A stretch of DNA of 64,000 nt from a bacterium. Its GTDB lineage: Bacteria; Patescibacteriota; Minisyncoccia; JACQLN01. The stretch spans positions 211,334 to 275,333 of the forward strand of contig JAUYOV010000004.1 in assembly GCA_030697795.1 (NCBI GenBank). The letters run 5' to 3'. Below the pieces are notes generated by a model. The model ran no database searches, was not told where the DNA came from, and was given only the letters and a program-made list of their open reading frames with translations. Positions 34,371 to 43,133 of this stretch are shown piece after piece. The number at the start of each line of letters is the position of its first letter. The first letter of the stretch is position 1. The position numbers and the translations under genes were made by a program.

Positions 34371-37300
34371 TTAAATATTTTTAATCCCCACCCCGATTTC
34401 AAATCCTTCATAATTCCAAACTTTGTGGACCAAGAAATTTTCGTGTTCGGTTATGCCAAAGTTAATTTGTGTAGAACGAGTTTCGGCTTTTATAACTTGT
34501 TCCCAACGAGTTAATAATTCTTTAAAGTTGGCGTTTTGGTTAAGTTCGTAATGTAAAATTATTTTATCTTCTGGTGTTAATTTGGCTTCTTTTCGCATTT
34601 CGTTTATATTGCGAATCATTTCACGAACCATTCCTTCTTCCTTAAGCTCCGCCGTAAGTTCGGTATCCAAATTAACGTTGTTCTTTTCTATTTTTCTATC
34701 ACTTAAAACTTTTTTAACATTGAGTTCTTCGGCAACTATATATAGAACATCGCCAATTAAATTGTAATCAGCCGGTGAAACATATAAAGCATTTAAGGGC
34801 TGGCGTACGCGCAAACCCGCTTGAGCGCGCTCGGCAAGCCCCAGCGCCACAATTTCGCGGGCTCTATCCATGACTTTCGTAATATCGGAAGCCTTAACAG
34901 TTTTGGTATTTGGCCATTTTTCCAAATGAACCGACTCCCCAAACGCCGATAAACGCCGATTTTTATCCGCGCTGATCCGCGCTGATCCTTGCGTTAATCC
35001 GCGTAATTCTTGATAGAGCCATTCCGATATAAACGGCGCAAATGGCCCCATAACAACAGATACGCGTTTTAAAACTTCGGTTAAAGTATTTTGAGCCGAT
35101 AGTTTTTCGGCATCTATATTTTGCTTTTGGAACTTACGGCGGCTACGGCGTATATACCAATTAGAAAGTTCGTCTATAAAAGCTTCTATAGCACGCGAAG
35201 CGGAAGTAATGTCGTAGCTTTCTAAAAATTTATTTACTTCGAACTCCAACATTTCTGTTTTAATCAAAACCCATTTATCTAAAATATCTGTTTTGGCTAG
35301 TAAAGATTTCGGAGCTTCGGTGTAATAAGTTTCTAAAAACAAAAACGAATTAATTAAAGTATCGGCGAATCTACGTTTTTTAGATTCTATATCGCGCAAA
35401 CTAAAAAGTTTATTATCGCCCGGCGCGTTTACAGTGTAAAAATACCAACGCATCATATCGAACCCAACTTTCTCACCCACCAGCCAAGGGTCTACAATGT
35501 TCCCTTTAGACTTCGACATCTTCTCGCCCTTTTCATCTAGAACATGGTTTAAACTAATTACATTCTTATACGGATTACCTTCGCCTAAAGCGGTAGATAC
35601 CGCCATTAAAGTATAAAACCAGCCCCGGGTTTGATCGATCGCTTCGCAAATATAATCTGCTGGAAAATGGTCTTTCGGTAAATTTTTATTTTTTATATTT
35701 AAATTTTTCTTGTCCTTCGAAGCCTTGCTGTGCCACTCCGTAGCTTTGAGCGAAGGGTGGGCGTAGGAGGAAACTTGAGACGCCCACGGCATTGCACCCG
35801 AATCAAACCAAACATCGGCCAAGTCTTTTATACGTTCCATCTTCGAGGAACACATAGAACACTTAAGGAACACGCTATCGGCATAGGGGCGATGCAGGTT
35901 TAAATTGCCTTCTTCATCGTGGGGCCAGTTATTTGTTTCTACAAAAGTAAATTCGGCAGGGGACAAAGCTAGTTTAGAATCTTTAACTGCGTTTTGATAC
36001 AAAAGTTTTGTTTCGTCTTCGCCATAAATTCCATTAGATAATTGCATTAAAAATAAGGGGTCCATATGGCTTACCACAACCACCTTCTTGCCAGCGTGTT
36101 CTCTAGAAACATCCATCATAAATTCGCGCACCCGTTTGGCCACATCCAACCACGATTCGCCTGCCGGCGCGGGGCGAATAAATTTATCTTTAAAAGAATT
36201 AAAATATTTTTCATATTCCAAAAATGGCCCGCCATTAAACTCGCCAGTGTTTATTTCGCGTAAGCGTTCATCAAAAATTACTTCTTTTATTTTAAGTTCG
36301 TCCGCCAATATTTGAGCCGTCTCTCTGGCTCTTAATAGATCCGATGAATATATGGCCGATACCTTATTAGCCGCCAAAAGTTTTTTTATATTTTGGGCGG
36401 ATGCCTCTGCTTGTTTTCTACCCTTTTCGGTTAGGGGGTTTAAAATCTTTTCAGGGTAAGCACTGCAAATACCTTTAGCGTTAGATTCTGCTTCGCCATG
36501 GCGCATTAAAATTAAAGTGGTTGGAGAATCTAGGCGGTGTTCGTTAAGCTCGGCTAAAGAACCAATAACAGTTTTGTGTTCGCATTTGGTGCATGCCCAA
36601 ATTGGCAAGGGTGTTCCCCAATAGCGTTCGCGGCTTATAGCCCAGTCTTTAACCTCGCGTAACCATTCGCCAAACCGGCCATCTTTAATGTGTTCGGGCA
36701 CCCAATTAACTTTTTCGTTATTTTTAATTAGATCGTTTCTTAACGCCGACATTTTTATAAACCAACTTTCTTGGGCGTAATATAGTAAGGGCGATTTACA
36801 CCTCCAGCAAAAAGGATATTCGTGCTTATAGCTTGACTCATTAAACAGCAAATTTTGTTTTTTTAAGTAAAACAAAATCGTTTTTTCGGTTATGGGGTCT
36901 TTTTTGTTTTCACTAACAACAGCAAGCCCGCCTACTATAGGAACAGATTTTACAAAAACTCCTTCACGATTAACCGTGTGGAATTTAGGCAAATTTAATT
37001 TGGAACCGAGTTCAAAATCGTCGACGCCATACATTACGGCTGTATGCACAATGCCCGTACCATCTGCGGTAGTTACAAAATCGGCTTCGTAAACTCTGTA
37101 CGAATTTTCGGATTCCAACTCTTTAACAGCAAAAAGTGGTTCGTAAGAAAGTCTAGTAAGCTCGCTAGAAGTTAGTTCTTTATTTATTTTGTATTCTACT
37201 TTAGCCTCGCCAAAAACTTTAGGCGCTAAATCGCGAGCCAAAATATATTTTTCACCATTAGCTTCGACTTCTACATAGGTAACTTTCGGGCCAACAGCTA

Positions 37301-38003
37301 ACGCAACATTTCCCGGTAACGTCCAAGGCGTCGTGGTCCAAGCCAAAAGAAAAGTGTTTTCTCCGCCAGCTGGCGGATTTTTAACTTTAAATTTTATTAT
37401 GACCGACTTATCTGTAACTGTTTCGTAACCCTGCGCCACTTCGTGGCTGGAGATGGGCGTACCACACCTAACACAAAAAGGCACAACTTTATAATCTTTA
37501 ACTAAAAGTTTTTTATCGTAAATTCTTTTTATAATATTCCACAAACTTTCTATGTATTGCGGTTCGTAGGTTATGTATGGGTTTTTAAGGTCGAGCCAGT
37601 AACCCATGCGGCGCGTTAGCTTTTCCCATTCATCTTTATACTGCCAGACTGATATTTGGCATTCTTTATTAAATTGAGCGATGCCGTATTTTTCTACTTC
37701 GCGCTTATTTTTTAAACCTAATTTTTTTTCGACTTCAATTTCTACCGGCAAACCGTGTGTATCCCAACCAGCCCGACGCAAAACATAGCGCCCTTTCATT
37801 GTTTGAAAACGGCAAACAATATCTTTAAACGATCTAGCTAAAACATGATGGAGCCCTGGTTTACCGTTGGCCGTAGGCGGGCCTTCGTAAAATACGAAAG
37901 GTTTACCATCTTTAGTGGCTTTTAAAGTCTTTTCAAAAACATCGTTATCGTGCCAATGTTTTAAAACTTTTTCTTCTTCTTGGGGTAAATCAACGTGACG
38001 CAT
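34371..38003 (-). CDS. ileS: Isoleucyl-tRNA synthetase with an inserted histidine-phosphatase (PGAM-like) domain and repeat-derived in-frame inserts
   Basis: HIGH-type motif PPTANGKPGLHHV; KMSKS; editing domain. The insert LILMRHGEAESN...VVVSHMD (RHG and second His motifs) sits between WACTKCEH and LHRPYAD. Confidence 0.9.
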   Translation of the reverse strand: MRHVDLPQEEEKVLKHWHDNDVFEKTLKATKDGKPFVFYEGPPTANGKPGLHHVLARSFKDIVCRFQTMKGRYVLRRAGWDTHGLPVEIEVEKKLGLKNKREVEKYGIAQFNKECQISVWQYKDEWEKLTRRMGYWLDLKNPYITYEPQYIESLWNIIKRIYDKKLLVKDYKVVPFCVRCGTPISSHEVAQGYETVTDKSVIIKFKVKNPPAGGENTFLLAWTTTPWTLPGNVALAVGPKVTYVEVEANGEKYILARDLAPKVFGEAKVEYKINKELTSSELTRLSYEPLFAVKELESENSYRVYEADFVTTADGTGIVHTAVMYGVDDFELGSKLNLPKFHTVNREGVFVKSVPIVGGLAVVSENKKDPITEKTILFYLKKQNLLFNESSYKHEYPFCWRCKSPLLYYAQESWFIKMSALRNDLIKNNEKVNWVPEHIKDGRFGEWLREVKDWAISRERYWGTPLPIWACTKCEHKTVIGSLAELNEHRLDSPTTLILMRHGEAESNAKGICSAYPEKILNPLTEKGRKQAEASAQNIKKLLAANKVSAIYSSDLLRARETAQILADELKIKEVIFDERLREINTGEFNGGPFLEYEKYFNSFKDKFIRPAPAGESWLDVAKRVREFMMDVSREHAGKKVVVVSHMDPLFLMQLSNGIYGEDETKLLYQNAVKDSKLALSPAEFTFVETNNWPHDEEGNLNLHRPYADSVFLKCSMCSSKMERIKDLADVWFDSGAMPWASQVSSYAHPSLKATEWHSKASKDKKNLNIKNKNLPKDHFPADYICEAIDQTRGWFYTLMAVSTALGEGNPYKNVISLNHVLDEKGEKMSKSKGNIVDPWLVGEKVGFDMMRWYFYTVNAPGDNKLFSLRDIESKKRRFADTLINSFLFLETYYTEAPKSLLAKTDILDKWVLIKTEMLEFEVNKFLESYDITSASRAIEAFIDELSNWYIRRSRRKFQKQNIDAEKLSAQNTLTEVLKRVSVVMGPFAPFISEWLYQELRGLTQGSARISADKNRRLSAFGESVHLEKWPNTKTVKASDITKVMDRAREIVALGLAERAQAGLRVRQPLNALYVSPADYNLIGDVLYIVAEELNVKKVLSDRKIEKNNVNLDTELTAELKEEGMVREMIRNINEMRKEAKLTPEDKIILHYELNQNANFKELLTRWEQVIKAETRSTQINFGITEHENFLVHKVWNYEGFEIGVGIKNI
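34941..35009. repeat. ATCCGCG-unit repeat in frame inside ileS
   Basis: AAACGCCGATAAACGCCGAT...ATCCGCGCTGATCCGCGCTGATCC..TAATCCGCG. Confidence 0.7.
35714..35770. repeat. Small palindromic repeat family, copy in frame inside ileS
   Basis: CCTTCGAAGCC...CCGTAGCTTTGAGCGAAGGGTGGGCGTAGGAGG. Confidence 0.7.
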
Positions 38004-38022
38004 AGTGATTTAAATATATCAT

Positions 38023-39018
38023 TTAAGCTAGCGGAAAATAAGACATTAGTAAAATATCGGTAATTCCATAAGTATTCCCATGCTTCAACAACCCCAAATA
38101 AGAACTTACCGTTTCTGGCTCTGGGTTCTCTCCAATTCTTTTCATCATCCGTTTTTTAGTAACTGTTCTTAAAACTTTATGATCTGTAAAATGAACCCAA
38201 CCCAAAAAATCCGCACCCGAAGCTAGAGTTTTGATAAAAACTTTGTCGGGGTGGAGTGTGAGTTTGAGATTTTTAATTAAAAATTCTTGAATCTTTGGGA
38301 TTAAGTTCTCTAACCATTCTTTGTCTTGCGATAAAACCACAAAATCATCGGGGTATCTAATGTAATACTTAACTTTTAATTTATGTTTAACAAACTGGTC
38401 AAACTTGTTCATATAGATATTCACCAAAAGCTGGGAGGTTAAATTGCCCAAGGGCAAACCAATATTGGGTTTTGTTTTAAAACTGGACACAACATTATTG
38501 AGTAACCAAATAATATTTTTGTCTGGTATATATTCAGTTAGTATCTCTAGCAAAACTTTGTGATGAATACTGGAAAAGAATTTTTTAATGTCGCATTTTA
38601 AGACCCAGCAAGTTTTAGTGTTATTTTGACCAACTTTGTAAGCAAAAGACTGAAAACGATTCAGGGCTTTATGCGTGCCTTTGTTCTTTCGGCAAGAAAA
38701 AGAATCGGCTATGAATGTTTTATCAAAGAAAGGGTAAAGAATATGATAAATTGCGTGGTGAAGTAGCCTATCCCGAACTGTGGCTTTATGTATGTTTCGG
38801 GGTTTGGGGTCGGAAATATTGAAAGCTTGGTAAATGCCATGCCGATAAGTGAAATTGACCAAGTCTTGGTTAAGTTGAAAAATATTATCCATTAAATTAA
38901 AGCCAAATTCCTGCACATCTTTTCTTTTTCTCTTGCCTTTGATAAACTCCTGCCAAGCCAATAACAAATTATCAACGCTAATAACATCTTCAAAACTATG
39001 GATCAATTGAGTTTTCAT
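38023..39018 (-). CDS. DGR reverse transcriptase (RT3)
   Basis: LGNLTSQLLVNIYMN (SQ motif); IRYPDDFV. Paralog of RT1 and RT2. Confidence 0.85.
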   Translation of the reverse strand: MKTQLIHSFEDVISVDNLLLAWQEFIKGKRKRKDVQEFGFNLMDNIFQLNQDLVNFTYRHGIYQAFNISDPKPRNIHKATVRDRLLHHAIYHILYPFFDKTFIADSFSCRKNKGTHKALNRFQSFAYKVGQNNTKTCWVLKCDIKKFFSSIHHKVLLEILTEYIPDKNIIWLLNNVVSSFKTKPNIGLPLGNLTSQLLVNIYMNKFDQFVKHKLKVKYYIRYPDDFVVLSQDKEWLENLIPKIQEFLIKNLKLTLHPDKVFIKTLASGADFLGWVHFTDHKVLRTVTKKRMMKRIGENPEPETVSSYLGLLKHGNTYGITDILLMSYFPLA

Positions 39019-39035
39019 AATTCTACATTAAGTAA

Positions 39036-39046
39036 CCCCCCCCCCC
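39036..39046. repeat. Homopolymer C11 in the 53-bp divergent RT3/avd3 intergenic region
   Basis: 11 consecutive C. A similar C10 tract at 19677-19686 sits between RT1 and avd1. Confidence 0.9.
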
Positions 39047-39071
39047 GAGACTTCCACCGCTGATTGATAAA

Positions 39072-39443
39072 ATGAAAAATCTCTATTTTATCTGGTTTCA
39101 ATACTACCAGATTTTACCCAAAGCGCATCGCTACACGCTTGGCCGCAGAATTGACTCTATGTTTATTGAAATAGTTGAAGCGATAGTTACAGCGTCTTTT
39201 CTAACGCAAGAAAAGAAGCTCCCGTTTGTTCAGCACGCCCTTCGCAAAACAGACACGCTTAAAATCCTATTACAAGTATTATGGGAAACTAAATCTTTAG
39301 ATGATAAAAAATATATAGCCGTATCAAAACCTTTAGAAGAAATCGGCAAAATGCTGGGTGGCTGGAATGGCCAGCTTCAAAAACCCCTCGACATAGCTCG
39401 GGATAAAGAAAACTCTCCCCACAAAAAGCAGAGAGAGAAATAA
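39072..39443 (+). CDS. avd: Avd-like accessory variability determinant (avd3)
   Basis: 123 aa. C-terminal EEIGKMLGGW motif. Confidence 0.75.
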   Translation: MKNLYFIWFQYYQILPKAHRYTLGRRIDSMFIEIVEAIVTASFLTQEKKLPFVQHALRKTDTLKILLQVLWETKSLDDKKYIAVSKPLEEIGKMLGGWNGQLQKPLDIARDKENSPHKKQREK

Positions 39444-39447
39444 AGAA

Positions 39448-39573
39448 AGTTGCGAGCACGGCCGAAGGATTGTTGGCATTCCAGTCGTTCTCAAGCCAGT
39501 TGTAGTTCCAGTCCCACTCACCATCGTTCCAGTAGAGATAAAGAACGTTGCGGTTGCCATTCGGACTGCGAAT
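39448..39573 (-). repeat. DGR template repeat TR3
   Basis: Encodes RSPNGNRNVLYLYWNDGEWDWNYNWLENDWNANNPSAVLA. Begins 5 nt after the avd3 stop. Confidence 0.85.
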
Positions 39574-39824
39574 ATATTGTATAAAGCGCCACCTATGCCA
39601 CCACCCCTTGAATACTCTTAGGGTTGTATCGTATTTGGTATCTAAAATACCCTAGCGCTATATACCGAGTATCTTCATTTTTTTAAGCTTCCATAAACCA
39701 CCCTATTCCCAACCGTAATCGGGAATACTCTCGATTTATGGTTACTGGCTTCGGTAGCAGGCAACCTTAATCGCCCGCGTATTCACCTAATACCATTTGC
39801 ATAATAACATTTTGCAAAAGAAAA

Positions 39825-39851
39825 TTCCCTACGACATTACGTCGTAGGGAA
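39825..39851 (-). promoter_or_regulatory. Hairpin TTCCCTACGAC-loop-GTCGTAGGGAA about 54 bp downstream of VR3
   Basis: 11-bp stem. Confidence 0.4.
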
Positions 39852-39902
39852 TTTAGAGTACAAAGTCCAAAGGATCTAAAAGTTCTAGAATTCTAAGGAC
39901 TA

Positions 39903-40547
39903 TTAACTCGCGAGCACGGCCGAAGGATCGTAGGCACTCCAGCCGCCCTCAAGCCAGCGGCAGTACCAGCCCCACCCACCACCGCCCCAGCAGAGACAAA
40001 GAACGTAGCGGCGGCCAAGCGGACCGCGAAGGGTGGTGCCGTCAAAGGAAATGAAGGTGGTATTGCTGTTCGTTTTTTCTTTCCAACTTTCGGGAATAAG
40101 ACTCTTGTTTTCCCAGAGAGTTTGGAAGATTTTGGCATCTAGGCGGACGTAATTTTTGGCTTTGAGGCGCTTCAGTTTCTCTTCACCTTTGATGACACTC
40201 TCGTCTTCTTTGAGGCAAGTGACTAACTGGATGTTGGAGAGGTCTAGCTCGGTGAGGTTGAGAGAGCGCTCATCCTGTTCTTCCTCGCCCGAGAGACCAT
40301 CGCCATCTGCTGGACCTTTCCAGATGCTCCAACCTTCGCCCAAAAACTGGGCGGGGTTGAAGGGTTGGGTGCGGTTGATTTTTAAGACCGTATCTCCAAA
40401 ACGCCCCTCCACCGCATTCTGCAAATAGCGTTGGAGTTTTGCCGGATCGTAGGGATAACCCTTGGGCTGACGAAGCTGTCGGCCAATTTCAAAAAGCTGG
40501 CCAGTGATGCTTTCGTACAGTTCGCCTGCGACACTAGGATGTGCCAT
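39903..40547 (-). CDS. DGR target protein 3 (C-terminal variable domain); GC-rich
   Basis: 214 aa. VR3 at the C-terminus. Confidence 0.8.
   Translation of the reverse strand: MAHPSVAGELYESITGQLFEIGRQLRQPKGYPYDPAKLQRYLQNAVEGRFGDTVLKINRTQPFNPAQFLGEGWSIWKGPADGDGLSGEEEQDERSLNLTELDLSNIQLVTCLKEDESVIKGEEKLKRLKAKNYVRLDAKIFQTLWENKSLIPESWKEKTNSNTTFISFDGTTLRGPLGRRYVLCLCWGGGGWGWYCRWLEGGWSAYDPSAVLAS
39905..40030 (-). repeat. DGR variable repeat VR3 (3-prime end of target 3)
   Basis: Encodes RGPLGRRYVLCLCWGGGGWGWYCRWLEGGWSAYDPSAVLA. 24 substitutions relative to TR3, all at TR adenines. Confidence 0.85.
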
Positions 40548-40754
40548 GACGATAATCCTTTCTTTATTTGGCTATCTAAGATGCCGGACATCTGCCGGAG
40601 CCCCAGATAAACCAGTTATTAAGGTACAATACAAGTGTAGCAGATAGTCAAATGGAAGTCAAGAGTGCACTATTGGAAGGATTCGTGAGCATTTTTTCAG
40701 CTTAATTTTAAATACAAATAATACCCAACGGTAACCTGTGTTAAACTAAAATCA

Positions 40755-41195
40755 ATGGAGGCCAAAACAAACAAAAAGGCGTTTTTTAATTACGAAATCC
40801 TAGAAAAGTTCGAGGCGGGTTTGGTGTTGCTTGGAGGCGAAGTTAAATCTATAAGAAATAATCATTACAGTTTACAAGGCGCATACATAACAGTAGAAGA
40901 TGAAGAGGCTTGGTTAGTGAAAGCCATGATCGCCCCTTACCAGCCTAAAAATATGAGCGGGCAGTATAACCCCGAACGCAAGCGCAAACTTTTACTTAAC
41001 AAAAAAGAACTCCAGTATTTACAAGGAAAAACAAAGGAAAAAGGCTTGACTATTGTGCCTCTAAAAGTTTACAATAAGCACGGTCAAATCAAGTTAGAAA
41101 TTGCTTTAGCCAAAGGTAAAAGCAAGGGCGATAAGAGAGAAGTTCTTAAAAAACGTATCGCCGACCGAGATATCGCCAGAGAACTTAAATCTTGA
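40755..41195 (+). CDS. smpB: SsrA-binding protein
   Basis: Matches SmpB along its length (FFNYEILEKFEAGLVLLGGEVKSIR...). Confidence 0.9.
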   Translation: MEAKTNKKAFFNYEILEKFEAGLVLLGGEVKSIRNNHYSLQGAYITVEDEEAWLVKAMIAPYQPKNMSGQYNPERKRKLLLNKKELQYLQGKTKEKGLTIVPLKVYNKHGQIKLEIALAKGKSKGDKREVLKKRIADRDIARELKS

Positions 41196-41260
41196 AACTT
41201 GTAACCTGAAACTTCAGAAAAAAGATACGAGCTACAAGTTGCGAGTTACAAGATTAACAT

Positions 41261-41620
41261 CGGGGATGACATGAATCGACAAGGAACGTATCGATAAGAA
41301 TTCGAAGCTGAGGTAGACCACAAACTCATAAAACTGGTTACAAATAGTAAGTGCAAACTTATTTAGCGCTAATAAACCAGCGTTTGCTGTAGCTTAAAAT
41401 CTATCAGCCATCGCCCTGTTTTCGCCCGAGTAAACAGTGTGCGGTGCCAACCTTTCGGGCCGCTCTTTCAGGCCAGGCGAACTTGAAAGCTAAGACAACG
41501 CCAAAAGTTTAATTTTTTTCACCATTCTTTAAGGGTTAAACTTAAATTAAGAATGGTTAGGCTTCGTACTAGTTCAATCGAGAAATTTTTTGTACGCGGG
41601 TTCAATTCCCGCCATCTCCA
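41261..41620 (+). ncRNA. ssrA: tmRNA (ssrA)
   Basis: 5-prime end GGGGATGACATGAATCGACAAGG matches the canonical GGGGnTGAnnnnGAnTCGACnGG. 3-prime tRNA-like end GTACGCGGGTTCAATTCCCGCCATCTCCA has a T-arm and a 7-bp acceptor stem pairing with the 5-prime end. Immediately downstream of smpB. Tag ORF ends ...PAFAVA-stop. Confidence 0.8.
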
Positions 41621-41710
41621 CTGCTACGCCAAGGCTACGCAGTGCACGCACCAATCTAAACAAGACATGCTATATTAATTGAACGATCTTGTTAGATTAG
41701 AATAGTAGCA

Positions 41711-41776
41711 GTGTCCTTCGTAGCTTTACCGTGTCCTCCGTAGTCTTTGACGAAGGAGGAGCGAAGTAGGACAACC
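41711..41776. repeat. Small palindromic repeat family, intergenic copy (between tmRNA and the GIY-YIG gene)
   Basis: CCTTCGTAGCTTTACCG...GACGAAGGAGGAGCGAAGTAGG. Confidence 0.7.
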
Positions 41777-42019
41777 TTTATGTATTACGTATATGTCTTA
41801 AAAAGTTTAAGAGATAACAGTTTTTATAAAGGTGTTACTGCTGATTTAAAAAAGAGAATCTTGGAGCATAATTCTGGATTAGCTAAATATTCTTCTTTTA
41901 AAAAACCTTTTAAACTAGTCTGGTACTCTGCGTTTTCAAACAAAGAAAAGGCTTATAAATTTGAAAAGTATATAAAATCTGGATCTGGTTTCGCTTTCGT
42001 TAACAAACACCTAATTTGA
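41747..42019 (+). CDS. GIY-YIG domain protein (paralog of 3368-3604); probable start at 41780
   Basis: YYVYVLKSLRDNSFYKGVTADLKKRILEHN matches the GIY-YIG signature. Overlaps the infC start by 4 nt. Confidence 0.55.
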   Translation: MTKEERSRTTFMYYVYVLKSLRDNSFYKGVTADLKKRILEHNSGLAKYSSFKKPFKLVWYSAFSNKEKAYKFEKYIKSGSGFAFVNKHLI

Positions 42020-42507
42020 AAATAAACAACCAAATACGTTCCGAAAAGTTAGTAGTTATAGATGAAACCGGCAAAAACTTGGGCGTTTTAACTTTGCAGG
42101 AAGCTTTAAAAATGGCCAAAGAAAAAGGCCTAGATTTAGCCGAAGTTAACCCTACTGCTACCCCGCCAGTTGCCAAAATCATAGATTATGGTAAATTTGA
42201 ATACCGCCAAAGGAAAGCCGAACAGAAAATGAAAGCCTCCAACAAGAGGCAGGAGCTTAAAACGGTACGTATTGGGCTTAAAACATCTGTGCACGATACC
42301 GAGGTAAAAGCTGGTTTAGCTGATAAATTCTTAAAAAAGGGTGATCAAGTTAGGTTAGAAATATTCCTAAGAGGCAGAGAAAAAGCCTTCAGAGACTTAG
42401 CTAGAACCAAGCTTATAGCTTTTGAGAAGATGATTGCCGAGACTCACAAAACAGATGGTTCGCCTACTAGCTCGCCTTCCGGTTGGTCTATAACTATACA
42501 TAAATAA
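42016..42507 (+). CDS. infC: Translation initiation factor IF-3
   Basis: Conserved IF-3 N and C domains (VRLIDE-like VVIDETGKNLGV; LEIFLRGRE). Confidence 0.85.
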   Translation: MKINNQIRSEKLVVIDETGKNLGVLTLQEALKMAKEKGLDLAEVNPTATPPVAKIIDYGKFEYRQRKAEQKMKASNKRQELKTVRIGLKTSVHDTEVKAGLADKFLKKGDQVRLEIFLRGREKAFRDLARTKLIAFEKMIAETHKTDGSPTSSPSGWSITIHK

Positions 42508-42527
42508 ATATTGATTCATAGAAAAAT

Positions 42528-42731
42528 ATGGGTGCAAAAACAAACAAATCGATGGCGAAAAGATTCCGTGTAACCAAGAACGGAAAGCTTATGCACAGAA
42601 CCCCAAACCAGAATCACTTTAGAGCTAAAAAATCTAGTAATAGAAAAAGAAACATAGGAAAAGGTTCAGCTATGGCTAAACCCGAAGTTAAAAATATTTT
42701 AGAAAGAATGCCGTTTGCAAGATTAAGTTAA
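42528..42731 (+). CDS. rpmI: 50S ribosomal protein L35
   Basis: 67 aa, basic. Position between infC and rplT, and KRFRVTKNGK match L35. Confidence 0.8.
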   Translation: MGAKTNKSMAKRFRVTKNGKLMHRTPNQNHFRAKKSSNRKRNIGKGSAMAKPEVKNILERMPFARLS

Positions 42732-42737
42732 AAAAAT

Positions 42738-43088
42738 ATGGCACGCGTAAAAAGAGGAACAATTGCGTCTAAACGCAGAAAAAATTTATTAAAATATACC
42801 AAAGGCTTTAAGTGGTCACGTAATACGCATTACCGAGCGGCTAAAGAAGCTTTGTTGCATGCCTGGAGCAAAGCTTATCACGATCGCAAAAAGAAAAAGG
42901 GTGACTTTAGAACTTTTTGGCAGATTAAAGTTGGTGCCGCGGCTAAACAAAATGGAATTTCTTACAGCCGTTTTATAAACGCCCTTAAAAAAGCCAACGT
43001 GGAGTTAGACCGAAAAATTTTGGCCGACATCGCCGAAAACAATCCCGAGGTTTTTGCTAAAATTGTAGAAAAAGTAAAAGTTAAATAA
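42738..43088 (+). CDS. rplT: 50S ribosomal protein L20
   Basis: MARVKRGTIASKRRKNLLKYTKGF matches the L20 N-terminus. Confidence 0.9.
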   Translation: MARVKRGTIASKRRKNLLKYTKGFKWSRNTHYRAAKEALLHAWSKAYHDRKKKKGDFRTFWQIKVGAAAKQNGISYSRFINALKKANVELDRKILADIAENNPEVFAKIVEKVKVK

Positions 43089-43104
43089 TATAACTTAAAT
43101 AAAA

Positions 43105-43133
43105 ATACCCCCAAGCTTGGGGGTATTTTTATT
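43105..43133. terminator. Bidirectional intrinsic terminator ATACCCCC-AAGCTT-GGGGGTAT plus T-run
   Basis: 8-bp GC stem with flanking A- and T-runs, between the rplT and racemase 3-prime ends. Confidence 0.6.

Larger units (their letters stand above)
38023..40547 (-). mobile_element. DGR cassette 3. Order on the minus strand: target with VR3 - hairpin - TR3 - avd3 [inverted] - poly-C - RT3
   Basis: RT with SQ motif, Avd-like gene and a TR/VR pair whose 24 of 24 mismatches are at TR adenines. Confidence 0.85.
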
